Shown here: positions 36,910 to 48,880 of the stretch, one piece after another | Layout: each line of letters starts with the position of its first letter | Position numbering within the stretch: the stretch's first letter is position 1 | Assembly: GCF_036971445.1 (NCBI RefSeq) | Contig: NC_091478.1 | Location: forward strand, 97,402,001 to 97,466,000 | Origin: Narcine bancroftii | Lineage: Eukaryota | Length of the DNA stretch: 64,000 bases | Direction: 5' to 3' | Program-made: the position numbers and the translations under genes | Notes under the pieces: generated by a model | The model's input: only the letters and a program-made list of their open reading frames with translations | The model's database searches: none | What the model was told of the DNA's origin: nothing

Positions 36910-37170
36910 GCCGGTGCACTATGGAATGTATACTGGCTGTTTGCGTCATGGCTTGGTTTTGGAACTTGAGTGCCCAGTGACACAAAAGGCTACAGAACGC
37001 AGCAAACCATGCCAAGTCCATCAAAGGCACTGACCTTCGTCCATTGAAGATATCAATGTGAGGTGGTGCCTCAAGAGGTCAGCCAACATCATTCTCTTCT
37101 CTCTGCTACCTGCAGGCAGAGAATACAAAAACCGAAGGTCTGGCACCTTGAAATTCGAGAGAAATTATTT
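36910..37170 (+). mobile_element. Rex1/Babar 3' fragment
   Basis: ggtgcactatggaatgtatactggctg..ccattgaagatatc..ctgctacctgcaggcagag. Confidence 0.65.
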
Positions 37171-38194
37171 CCTGAAACATCGACCTAATCGAACAATAAC
37201 ACTATCCCAGGATTACCGTACATCTGCCTGTTTTATAAGACAAACAAACAGGATTAGTTCATTCAGTCTTTCAAGTCTGCTCTGCCATTCAAATTATGGC
37301 TGATGCATTTCTCTTTTCAACACCATTCTCCTGCCTTCTTCCCATTACCTCTGAGTCCTTCGCAATCAAGAACCTGTCAACCTCTAAATACGATTTGGGT
37401 CTCCACGGTGAATTCCACAGATTCACCACCCTTTAGCTGAAGAAACTTCTCATCTTCATCGAAAAGGGCTGTCCCTTTATTTTGAGGCTGTTGGGGGGGC
37501 AGGAGTGTGAGGAAGGGGAGGGGTAGAATGAAGTGGCTTGGAAGAAGAAAAATGCAGCACAACACTTCAGCTGAATCTGAAGCCACCTATAGACCAGAAA
37601 GCCAATTTCCTTCCCTGTATGACAATTGTGAACCAGTTGGTTTTTTTTTTAAAACATACATTGGTGAAAGCTTTCTAAAACTTTAGGTTTGTTTAATCAC
37701 TGGAATTTAAATTTCCCCAGGTGAGATTTGAACACTTATTTCCAAAATCATTTCTCTTCTTTCTGGAGATTGATAATGCACTCTGGCATTGTACCCTTAC
37801 CATTGCACCTGTAGCAATGGCAAGTAAAACCTGGCTAACTAAATACCTTCCTCCTAATAACCATAGGTTACTCACGTATCTTCATCCTCTCAATTGCCGT
37901 TGTTAGGGCCTATCCACTGTAGCCCAGCTGCCTGCCTTCAAATGCTAATGAGAGAAATGCCAACTTCAATATAAAATCCATTTAAAATTTCTCAGGTTAG
38001 GTTTTTCCTTCCTTTCCTAAATCCCTCTTTGCAACAGAGGCTGTCAGTTGAGATTATTTAAGGAAGTATTAATCGTAGAAGGCTTTTATTAAAGTTAAAA
38101 TTTATTTTTGGAAAATCTCCGGATGGCCAATTGCCCTCTTTAGAATGGTTGCGGCTCACAAGACAGTTAAAATAGAGCCTGCGGGGACGATCCT

Positions 38195-39010
38195 GTGCAT
38201 GACTGATGGTGAGGGAGGAGGTGTGGGCATAAGCCTAGTGTTTCCTGTGATCACAGGAGTAGGCACCAAGTGGATGATTAGTGGGAAGAGAAGAATGGGA
38301 GGGAGTCACAAAGGGCGCGATCCTGACGGAAAGCATCTAGGGCGGTCTGATCAAGTTTTAGATGGCAGAAAATTGCGAAGGGTAAATATGTCAGATGCAG
38401 AGGCTGGTGGGGTGGTAGGTAAGGACAAAGGGAATCCTGTCCTTGTTGCATTGAGTGATGGAGGGAGGCCAGGGCAGATGTGCAGGAAATAGAGTGCAAG
38501 GGCTGAGTTAATGGCAAAAGGGGGGGAAGAAGGAGGACACATCAGTTGTTTGGGAAAGGGAGCAGATGTGACAGAGACAGAGGAATCAAGAGGATGACTC
38601 CTCCGAGGGGACTACGCTTGCACCCTTGCCTTCTCCCTCACCTCCAACCTTGGTCCCAAACAATCCTTCCAAGTGAATCAACGTTTCACTTGTGAATCTG
38701 CCAGGTTCATCTAGTGAATCTAGTGTTCTCGTTGTGGTTTCCTTTACTTCGGAGAGAATGGACAGACTAAGAACACTACCACTCTGGGTGCGGCCAACCA
38801 TTTCAATTCTGCACCCTATTCCCACACTGACATGTGTCACTTCTCAGCTTCCTCCACTTCTTCCCCCCCAACCCATACCCACCTATAACTTGTTGACCTG
38901 TGCTCCTTTCCCTGCCCCTTCTCTCTCACTCCCCCCCCACCACCCCCACCCCTGCTGAATTCAGACACCTGCCTGCTTTCTGCTCATATCTCGATGAAGG
39001 GCCCAGAAAA
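38195..39010. mobile_element. Penelope-like element in two inverted pieces (38195-38590 minus; 38600-39010 plus)
   Basis: Minus piece: RIPLSL/TYHP region, LRNF, DRALCDSL; plus piece: GPKQSFQVNQRFTCES..CSRCGFLYFGE (GIY-YIG). Confidence 0.75.
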
Positions 39011-40149
39011 AACGTTCTGCTGAAACTCAGCAGGACATACAGCATCTACAGTAAGTAAAAAGCAACCAATGTTTGGGGCCTGAGCCCTCGAGGCCTGAAT
39101 AAATAGGTGGGGGTGGCAAGGATGAGAGGAGAGGGGGGAAGGGGAAGAGCATGGGCTAACAGGTAAGAGACAAACAGGAAAGTCTGCAGATGCTGTGAAA
39201 AGTCAGCATGTTTAGACACCACTTTCCAAACACATGATTCCTACCAGTTTTTGGGACAAGGGAGTTAAAAAGCATGGAGACACCACCAACTGGAAGCTGT
39301 CCTCTAAGCCACACACCACACTGACTTGGAAATAAATTGCCATTCTTTCACCGTTGCTGGGTAAATGTTCTGGAACTCACTCCCCAACAACACCTACACC
39401 TCAAGAATTGCAGTGGTTCAAGAAGGAAGCTCCCCACTACCTTCTCAAGGGCAGAAAGGTATGGGCAAACCTAACATTCCTTGGATGGTCAAGGAAAAGG
39501 AGGGCCATGAAGGGAACTGCACGACTGGTGGGAATGACTAGACTCACCTCCGGAGCAATCAAGCATTGCACAACTCCTACACCATCAGGAAGGCCAAGTA
39601 CATTGAACATATTCCCTCATCCTCCACATGTTACTCTGCATCACCTCAGTTATTTAGACTCTCCAGAGAAAATTTCTGCAAATCAAGCCTCCCTAAACCC
39701 TATAGCTGATCAGACAGAAGCTCTGAAAACCTTTCCTTTCTCATTTCTATGCCACACACCAGATGACATCTCCTTGGTCGACACAAGGAATTGACTTCTC
39801 ATTGTCACCGACTTCCCCACTCACCTTTGCCCTCATTCCCAATTGGATGGTTATCTCATTTAATGCATCATTTACTGGTGGGGAATATTCTCTAGTCAAT
39901 GAGAAGGAGGGCTATGAAGAGGACTGCACAACTGGTGGAAAAGACCAGCAGTCTTTGGGAAAGCAGCACTGACATTCAGATTTAATTTGATGATCAAGGT
40001 GACTGTACAATCTTTCACGTAAAGGAGATTTGGGAAAACTCAGACCAAGCCCCATTTACCCACAGTCTTCTACACCTCTCAGTTAAACAAAAACCTTAAC
40101 TTTAAAAAGCTCATTTGTTTTCAAATTTCCTACCCCTCTAAGAAAATCT

Positions 40150-41005
40150 GCAAAGATTGGGGACAAGTGCAAGATGCAAATGTGCTTAGAAAAGCTCAGC
40201 AGAGTCCAGAAGAGGTAAAAGTAACCAAAGTTTTGAGCAAAACAGGTTGGTGCCTGAATATAAATTTGGGGGGAGGGGGAGAGGAGGGAAGAAGTGGCAG
40301 GGAGAAGCACAGGCCAATGGGTAAGAGGTCATCAGTAGATATAGGTGTGAGGGTAGGAAAAAAAATCTGAGAAGTGAAGGGGTGGTGTGAGGATACCTCC
40401 TCCAAGGAGCTAAACAAATTTTCCAGGTGAGATTCGCATCACTCCTTAAATGTGGTTCTTTGCATTTAATGCTCTTGATGTAGCATCCTACTCAGCCTGG
40501 ACAAAGCAACCAATTTGCAGAGTACCGTGCCTCTGTCTGTAGCAACCATCCTAGCTCCATTATGGCTCCACCTTCCATTTCTACACTGACCTGTTCATTC
40601 TTGGCTTTCTCCACTAATTCAGTGGGCCTAAACACAAGCTGGAAGAGCCACACGTCATATGCCGCTTGGGTAACCAACAGCCCAATGGTATGAGTGTTGA
40701 AGTTTCCATTTTCAGGTAGCCCACACCTCCGGTGCTCCTTTTCCACTTCTACCATTCTGCCTCAGAATTTTATTCAACTTTCCATCCCTCTCCCATCTGC
40801 CCTCCCCCCTCATTTGTCCATCATTCCTTCCTCATCCCGTTCCATCCTCTTGTCCCAACACGCCCTTACACTTCTATCCTTTGGTCATCTCTCCACTTCT
40901 GTCCCACTCTCCAGTCTTGATGCAGGGGCTCAAGAAGAAAAATCAAAATGTTCCTTTTCCCTTCACAGATGCTGCTCGACCTGCAGAGTTATTCCGGCAG
41001 TTTAA
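40150..41005. mobile_element. Penelope-like fragments (terminal repeat minus 40150-40385; GIY-YIG and 3' UTR plus 40410-41005)
   Basis: cacaagctggaagagccacacgtcatatgccgcttgggtaaccaacagcccaatggtatg (KLEE.HV..RLG..QPNGM). Confidence 0.7.
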
Positions 41006-41104
41006 GTTTCACTCACCTCTTCCACTCTCTACGATTGTCACCAGCACTAATATACACAGAGATATTTCCTCCTCTCAGTGCTAATCTGTTGATGATCCCA
41101 TATT

Positions 41105-41440
41105 TATTAGAGACAGCATGGAAACAGGCATTTCTGTCCAACTCGTCAATGCTAATAACCTCATTTACCTGTATTAGGTTAATAGCCCTCTAAGCCTTTC
41201 CTAACCACAAAATATCTTTGAAACATTGTACTCTGGCACCTGTTTCCATGTATCCACAACTTTCTGTGTGGAAAACTTGGGCCTCGAATCCCCTTTAAAT
41301 CTTTTTCCTCTCACTTAAAACCTAGGCCCTCTGGGTTTTAGACTCTCTGACCTGTGATCATCCACATTCCTCTCAATTTTGCAGATGTTGGAGTCACCCC
41401 CCCCCCTCCCCCACCCTCTCAAGGGAAACTGCCCCAGCAT
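41105..41440 (-). mobile_element. CR1 3' end
   Basis: acagcatggaaacaggc..cccctttaaatctttttcctctcacttaaa antisense CR1 tail. Confidence 0.65.
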
Positions 41441-43069
41441 AAAGGGTCCCAAATGTTGACTGGCTGTGTTTCTCCCCATGGATTCTGGCTAACCTGCTGA
41501 CACGCCCCAGTGCCTTATAGCTTGTTCATGGGTCTGCATCATTCTGAATTGCCTGTCTTGTGCTTTCAAAGGGTTATTTTGCCTTGGCAGCCACTTTGGT
41601 TTTAACATTACATTCTTATTAATTTGTCCTTATCTGTAAGTGGTGGAATCATGAGAGTGGGAGAAAGGGAAGGGGGAACTCAGCAGTGCGATAAAGTCAG
41701 TGGGTTTGGCCTGCATCCTGAAGCTGTGATTTAAGAGGACTGTGTCGCCTCTTTTCCCATCGGTTAATCTTCAACTGATGAATATTCAACGACTTCACAG
41801 GCTCCGGATGAATGAACCAATTGATTTCAGGAATTTGTGGCCGCACTTGCATTGGCCACAAATACGGCGCTGCTGCCGAAACTAATTAATTAAATGAGTA
41901 AGACACCATCCTCCCCCCCCCCCACCCCCCCCACCCCCCCCTCCTCAAATGCAGCTACAAATTGCAGGAATAAAAGCATTTGTTTGAAAGCTTTCCTTAT
42001 CCTGCAGAGCAGCGACAGAATTACTGATGTCTTCCTGACATTTAAATGCCCATAACTCACTTTGGCTTTAGCTAAACATCATTGCTAGTCCTTAATTCTA
42101 ATTTCACTCCCCCCCCCACCCCACTCCACCCCCCTCTTTGGATGCAGATAAATGCATTGAGAGACACTTAAAAGGATTAAAATGGAGTGAGCATGACAAC
42201 AAAACCTACAATAAAAGATTAGCGCTCAATTGCATCTTGGGTTGCTTGGCAAAATGTGTCACTGTCTGATTTTTACTGCTGTGTACTTTGCCAAGATAGG
42301 AATCTGAAGAGGCAAACTGCTTGTTTCACAGACAAAAAATGTCTGCACTGACACCTCAGCAGCTCTGCAGAGCTTATTAAGGGTATGACATTTAATTTGG
42401 AGTCTCAATTGATAATGTTGACAGTATCGTTGCTGGGTGCTGCTGCGGATGTTTAACTGTTCCTCTGACATTGTGCTCCTTGCGCTATTGAAGACTTCTG
42501 GAGAGCGAAGGAAGCAATGAGATGCTGCGGTGATCCAGCAGGCCAGGTGCATCCATGGTCATTTTGAAGAAAAATAGAGATTTATGGGTGTGAAGGAGGG
42601 GAAAAAAATAGATTTGCCGTGGAGTAGGTTTACGTAGGTTACATATAAAATTTTACAGCACAGTACTGGCCCTTCGGCCCACAATGGTGTGCTGACCTGT
42701 ATATATCTACCAAAATAAACACTAAACTTTCCCGTGAAATAACCCTCTTTTTCCTTCAACCACGTGCACCTATTTTCCAGCCTCCACCACCAAGACTTTC
42801 CAGGCACCTCCCTGCCACAGAAAAAGTAATTACCACACATCTTTAAACTCTTCTCCTCTCACCAGTTTAAAGTCACGTTTAATTTACTGTCACATATAGT
42901 GAGATACAGTGGAAAGCTTAGTTCTGCATACTATCCAGATGTCGAAAAAAGTCTCTGGTGTGCTTAATGATATAAAAACTCTCAGAAAATGTGGTGAAAA
43001 GCCACAACGTCTCAAGATTGATCATGTCAATGACCAAAATGGATTTCCAGCATTTAAACAACAGGCCAG

Positions 43070-44570
43070 TCAGAATCAGGTTTGTTCCAAACACGTGTCA
43101 CAAATTTTGTTGCATTGTGATAGCAGTATTGTGCAGAAAAAGATGCAAAATTACTATAAATTACAATTCCTTAAATGCAAGATTTTAAAAAATAGTGCAA
43201 GAACAGAAAGAGTGAGGTAATGTTCATAGGTTCATTGCCCTTTCAGAAATCTGAAGGCGGAGGGAAAGAAGCTGTTTTTGTAACATTACATTTAGTTACA
43301 TTACATTTAGTTGCCCATTCAGAGCCACCTCTTCAGCGCTTGATGTCCTGTTTTGCGGAAACTGCCAAAATGTTTGGCCTGGAAGTCAGCCTGAAGAAAA
43401 CTGAGGTCCTCCATCAGCCAGCTCCCCACCATGACTACCAGCTCCCCCACATCTCCATCGGGCACACAAAACTCAAAACGGTCAACCAGTTTACCTATCT
43501 TGGCTGCACCATTTCATCGGATGCAAGGATCGACAACGAGATAGCGCCTTTGGAAGAGTCTGGAAAAACAACCAATTGAAAAACCTCACAAAGATTAGCG
43601 TATACAGAGCCGTTGTCATACCCACACTCCTGTTCGGCTCCGAATCATGGGTCCTCTACCGGCATCACCTACGGCTCCTAGAACGCTTCCACCAGCGTTG
43701 TCTCCGCTCCATCCTCAACATTCATTGGAGCGACTTCATCCCCAACATCGAAGTACTCGAGATGGCAGAGGCCGACAGCATCGAATCCAGCTGCTGAAGA
43801 TCCAACTGCGCTGGGTAGGTCACGTCTCCAGAATGGAGGACCATCGCCTCCCCAAGATCGTGTTCTATGGCGAGCTCACCACTGGCTACCGTGACAGAGG
43901 TGCACCAAAGAAGAGGTACAAGGACTGCCTGAAGAAATCTCTTGGTGCCTGCCCCATTGACCGCCACCAGTGGGCTGATCTCGCCTCAAACCGTGCATCT
44001 TGGTGCCTCACAGTTCGGCGGGCAGCAACCTCCTTTGAAGAAGACCACAGAGGCCACCTCACTGACAAAAGACAAAGGAGGAAAAACCCAACACCCAACC
44101 CCAACCCACCAATTTTCTGCTGCAACCGTGTCTGCCTGTCCCACATCGGACTTGTCAGCCACAAACGAGCCTGCAGCTGACGTGGACATTACCCCTCCAT
44201 AAATCTTCGTCCGCGAAGCCAAGCCAAAGAGAGAGACCTGTGCATCTTCAGGCCCCCCTAACCTCCTTCCTGATGGTAGCAGTGAGGAAAGAGCAGGATC
44301 TGGGTGGAGAAGTCCCTTGATTATAGAAACTGCTTTCTTAAGGCACTGCCTGTTAAAGCTTTTAATGGAATGAAAACTGGTGCCCATGATGACCCTGGTT
44401 GTGTTTACAACTCTCTGTAGCCTGTTCCGGATCCTTTGCATTGGCACCTCCATACCCAACAGTGATGCAACCAGTCAGAATGCTCTCCACCTATAGAAAT
44501 TTGCAAGAGTCTTCGGTGATCTATCAAATCTCTTCAAACTCCTAATGAAATATAGCTGCTGCTGAGCCTT
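43070..44570 (-). mobile_element. Rex1/Babar 3' fragment interrupted by an RTE insertion
   Basis: RLQRVVNTTRVI..KKAVSIIKGLLHPDPALSSLLPSGRR at 44240-44460; tail gtcagaatcaggtttgtt at 43070. Confidence 0.8.
43306..44236 (+). mobile_element. RTE (BovB-like) LINE 3' fragment, well preserved
   Basis: LQRLMSCFAETAKMFGLEVSLKKTEVL..FTYLGCTIS; QLRWVGHVSRMEDHRLPKIVFYGEL; CNRVCLSHIGLVSHKRAC; tail gaagccaagccaaagagagaga. Confidence 0.93.
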
Positions 44571-44924
44571 CGTTATTAAATTGATTGCCCCAGGATAGGT
44601 CTTCAGATACTTTCCTAGCAGCTTGCTAACATTCCAGGAGCTCAGCCCTCCGCAGGTGGAACAAAATTGATGAAGGGACAAGAACTGCTGTAACTGCTGG
44701 GCAGATATCACCTCTTTGTAGGGACTGAAGGCAGCAGTGAAAAATAAGGATAACATTTCATTCCTCAGGATTGACGAGAACCTGCTTCCACTCGAGGTTT
44801 ATGGTGGATGCTTCGGCCACAGTGGCTTTTCCATGTGCATTCGAAGTGAGAGTGAGAGAGTGAAAAGGAAATGTGTGGGGCAAGATTTTTCTTCCCCCCC
44901 ACCCCACACAGAGGGAGGAACAAA

Positions 44925-45310
44925 CAGCCAGGATAATGGTGGAAGCAGATACTATTGAAGCATTTGACGGGCTTTTGGATGGACACATGAATATGAATGG
45001 GTTGGAGGAATATGAATCATCATTAGGGGTAACAACTTTGCACAGAGAATGGAAAGAGTGTGGAACAAGCTACCAGCTGAAGTTGTGAATGTGGGGTCCA
45101 TTTTGACATGAGAGAAAAATGTGGGCAGGTTCATGGATGGGTGAGGTATGGAGGACTATGGTCTGGGTCAGGTCAGTGGGATGAGGCAGGATGGGTGAAA
45201 GGTCCCATTTCTATGCTGCAGCATTCTATGGTTCCATGTCTAGGCAGTAGAGCTTTAATTTGGTATCATGTTGGGCTGAAGGACTTGTACCTGTGCTGTT
45301 CCATGTTCTG
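44925..45310 (+). mobile_element. Stacked CR1 3' ends
   Basis: gtggaacaagctaccagctgaagttgtgaatg..ggtcccatttctatgctg; gggctgaaggacttgtacctgtgctgttccatgttct. Confidence 0.7.
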
Positions 45311-46626
45311 TATAACCTTCTGGATCAGATGCAAGAGTGATAGTCACCGAGACTCAGCCATTGGAGTAGGAACAGAACAAGCTAGAATTACTGAGCTAAT
45401 TAGGAAATCAAGTATCACAGCTCCAGATATCCGGGTTGAATCCTGACCTTGTGCTTTTTGTGGGAAGTTCTCCCTGAAACTATGTGCGTTTCCCCTGACT
45501 GCTCTCCATCAACCTCTCAAAGGCATGCGCTTTGGGAGATGAAATGGTTATTTTAAAATGCCTGAGTGTAGAGGATGGTAGAATCTGGGGCTGTGGGGAG
45601 GGAGGATGATGGGAATAAAATGGGGTAAGTGTAGATTGATGAAAAGGAGTGTTTGACAGTCAACTTGGGGATGTGGACCAAAGGGTCTCATCCTGTACTT
45701 CATGACTCCACAACTCCATTTGTAAATATTAAATGCTTCAATTTCCATTTTAGTGGGAGAATCGCTTTAAGAGCCAACAAATCAAGCTTGGAGAGGACTG
45801 TAGCTGACAGCAGACTAGAACAGTATGTACTGATTTCACTACCTCTGAAGTGAGAGGAAGTGTTCCAGGGAGACAGGTGCAGAGTCATGTGACCAGGGCC
45901 ATTTAAAGAAGCAGCACTGTGCTGGATGGCTCGTGTGGTAATAGACAATTAATTTGTTTTCTTCCTGTTAGGAGAATTAGTGTATTACATTGTGACGGTC
46001 ATTTCAGCTAACCTACAAAAGGGTTCTGGAAGCAGAGAAACTACTGCATTTGGATCATGGCCATTGTGACGTTCATTTAGGATGACCCATGAAAGGGCCA
46101 CTTGCTTCGTTTCCCCTACGCAAAGAAAAGAATTTTGACTACCACTCGTCATCTGAAAGGACATTTTCTCTGGAAGCAACTTGACAAGGATTTTGAATTT
46201 ACAGCATCTGTCACCCAGTCTCTCCCACCATCTTCATGATCAATTATTTGCATCGATTTAAAGCCTGCGTGTCAACACTGGATTTCTGAGACTGATGTTC
46301 CAGAATTTGGCCTAAGCTGTAATGGCTTGGGGTATGCCACACACCTATGTGTGCACATTCATGCATCGTTGGGGATTAAGTTTAGATAAATTACACATGA
46401 TGTTATATTATTAGTAATTAATGATAAAAATACTATTTTAAATATAACACTATTTTGGAGAATTTCTATTGCTGCTATTTGAGTACGTAACATAAAAAGA
46501 TAAAGGCTGAGTATCTAAAATGGAAACAAAAGATTGTGAGCGATGACAGATAAACTGATCCATGGATTATAATCCATTCCAAGCATTTGGAAAGTGAATT
46601 GAGAAGGGCAGCAAAGTTTAAATTCT

Positions 46627-47110
46627 AAATTTAGACATACAGCACGGTAACAGGCCCTTTTGGTCTACGAGCCTGCGCTGCCCAAATAACCTACAAGCCC
46701 TGGTACGTTTTGAAGGGTGGGAGGAAACCAGAGCCCCTAGGGAAAACCCACGTAGACATGGGGAGGACGTACAAACTCCCTACAGCAGCATGGGATTCGA
46801 ACCCCAGTCCTGATCGCTGGTGCTGTAACCGTGTTGTGCCAACTGCTATACTAACCATCCCACCCCATCATCGCCATTAGAGCGATCTGGGTTCCAAAAT
46901 GGCACTGTCTGTAAGAGTTTGTACTTTCTCTCCGTGACCTGTGTGAGTTTTCTCTGGGTGCTCTGGTTACCTCCCAGATTCCAAAGACGCATGGGTTGGT
47001 GGGGGGGTTGGAAGATTAATGTCTCACCTGGGTGTTTTTAGGAGACATGAACTCGTGGGCTGGAAGGGCCTGTTACTGCGCCGCATCTCCGAATTAAAAT
47101 TAAATTTAAA
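46627..47110. mobile_element. Head-to-head pair of same-family SINEs (46627-46866 minus; about 46875-47110 plus)
   Basis: aaatttagacatacagcacggtaacaggccctt is the inverse of aagggcctgttactgcgccgcatctccgaatt; B box gggattcgaacccc in antisense. Confidence 0.85.
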
Positions 47111-47564
47111 AACCTGGAAGTGTTCACTCGCAGAATTAAATTACAAAATTTCCAATTAGCTTCTGTTCACCTGAGTTTAAAGACCAGAGGGGTGGTCTCT
47201 TCAACATCCTTAAAGCAATTAAATGATTCAGCAGGGTCCAAGTGGAGAAGTTAGCTCATCAGTTGGGAGAGGCCAGATTAAAGAAACACAATATTTTTAG
47301 AGATACAACAGAATAACAGGTCCATGAGCCTTCACTGCCCAAAGACCTCCAGACCCCATGTGTTTTTGGAGGGTGGAGAGGAATCCCACACAGACCACAG
47401 GAGAATGTAAAAACTCCTTTAAGACAGCAGACTCACAGAATTCTGGTCACTGACATGTAATAGCATCGTGCTAACAGCTACTCCAACCCGTGCCACTCTT
47501 CGTTAGTACGAGACTGCTCATCAGTGAGATCCCAAATATGGGGAGCGAGCTCAGAAGTTCAACA

Positions 47565-47750
47565 AGTTAGTCCAGAGCTCAATGCAAAATACTTGGCTGA
47601 TGAGTGCCACACTGAAGGAGTGTTACACATCTGTTGAAGCTGCTTAGTGGATGAAATGTCATACCAAGGCTCCATCTGCAGACTATGAAAGGAGAAATTA
47701 ATACAATGAAGATCTCTTCAGAGTCCCCAGCCAATATATATATTCCTTAA
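47565..47750 (+). mobile_element. Decayed Deu-domain SINE
   Basis: ggatgaaatgtcataccaaggctccatctgc..gtccccagccaatatatattcc resembles the Deu domain. Confidence 0.5.
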
Positions 47751-48059
47751 TTTAGTTGAATCAAGCTAGTTTCCAGCTCTCCTCATCCGGTTTTTTGATT
47801 AAAAAGCAGAAGTCCTGAGGCTACATTGAATATTGGAGCAGTTGTGTCCTCCATCTCTGGACTTGCCACCAAATGGATTCCCAACATCTTAAGAGTTTTA
47901 TTATTTTCATTGCTTCTACAGTACATTTTTGAAAAATGTTTACCAGAGAGTTTGTTACCCCCATGTTCTGAAATGGAAACTCTTGTTGGACAAGGAACAG
48001 CACAGAAATTTACTTCTGTAATTAACTTTTATTGCAAAGAGCAACTTGTAAACCAGGAC

Positions 48060-48880
48060 TTTATAAATCTGAACAGAAGTGGGAACAGGATTTGAGCATT
48101 ATCGTTGATGAACAAACATGATTGGATTTGTGTGGAGACTGTATGTCTAACACAATTAATATGTGATATAACAATTTTTTTTGCATCATTTATATATTAC
48201 ACAGTAGAAGTTGCATCAGATTTATCAAATAAGTGTTTTAGATGAGATATAAAAGTTACCTTTTTGGAATTCCATATGGGCATGTCTAAAAGTCAGACCT
48301 TTTGGGGTGAAAGTAGGGGAATTGCTAGAACAAATTCCCGATATTTCATACCCACAAAATCCTAATCTATTTTTATCAGGGAACGTGGAAGGGGCAAACC
48401 CTAAACTGGAACTTTTGTCACATCAAAGGAAGATTGTTAGCATTTGTGGTAGCAAGAAAGTGCATTGTGGTCACTTGGAAGTCGGACTCATGTCTGGGTG
48501 TCGACAGAAGTCTAGTCTGTTGGAAAAATTGCAATGCACATGTACAAATATGGAGCCCAAGATAGGTATATTATGGGCTCATTTTTTTTCTCACCAGATG
48601 ATGTAGGTAACTACTTGATGGTTAAGTCCTTGGTGTTCCATGGCCTATCCTCATCCAATCCAGTAGTCTTTCTTTCTTTTTTAAAAAAATGTTATTAAAT
48701 ATTATCATGTATAAATAATGACTGCTTTATATTTTGGGTTGAGGTTAGGGAGGGTTTTAGTTTTAAGGGAAGTGGGTGCAACCTTTTTGTATTCAGCATC
48801 AATTTGTACTAAAATGATGGATGTAAATGAATGTTTATCTACTACATGTATGAAAACTCTAAAATAAATGTTTAAAAATA
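48060..48880 (+). mobile_element. L1/Tx1-clade LINE 3' end
   Basis: WLDLCGDCMSNTIN..YNF..HHLYIT; gtagcaagaaagtgcattgtggtcacttggaagtc (VARKCIVVTWKS); aataaa plus A tail. Confidence 0.8.

Noticed and set aside
37876-37944. Minus-strand exon-like unit (tttctctcattag ... gtgagt, 69 nt)
   Set aside because: Stop codons in all three frames; at most non-coding, with no further support
42245-42295. Possible pre-miRNA hairpin
   Set aside because: Only a 9-bp outer stem; the inner region pairs poorly and matches no mature miRNA I recognise
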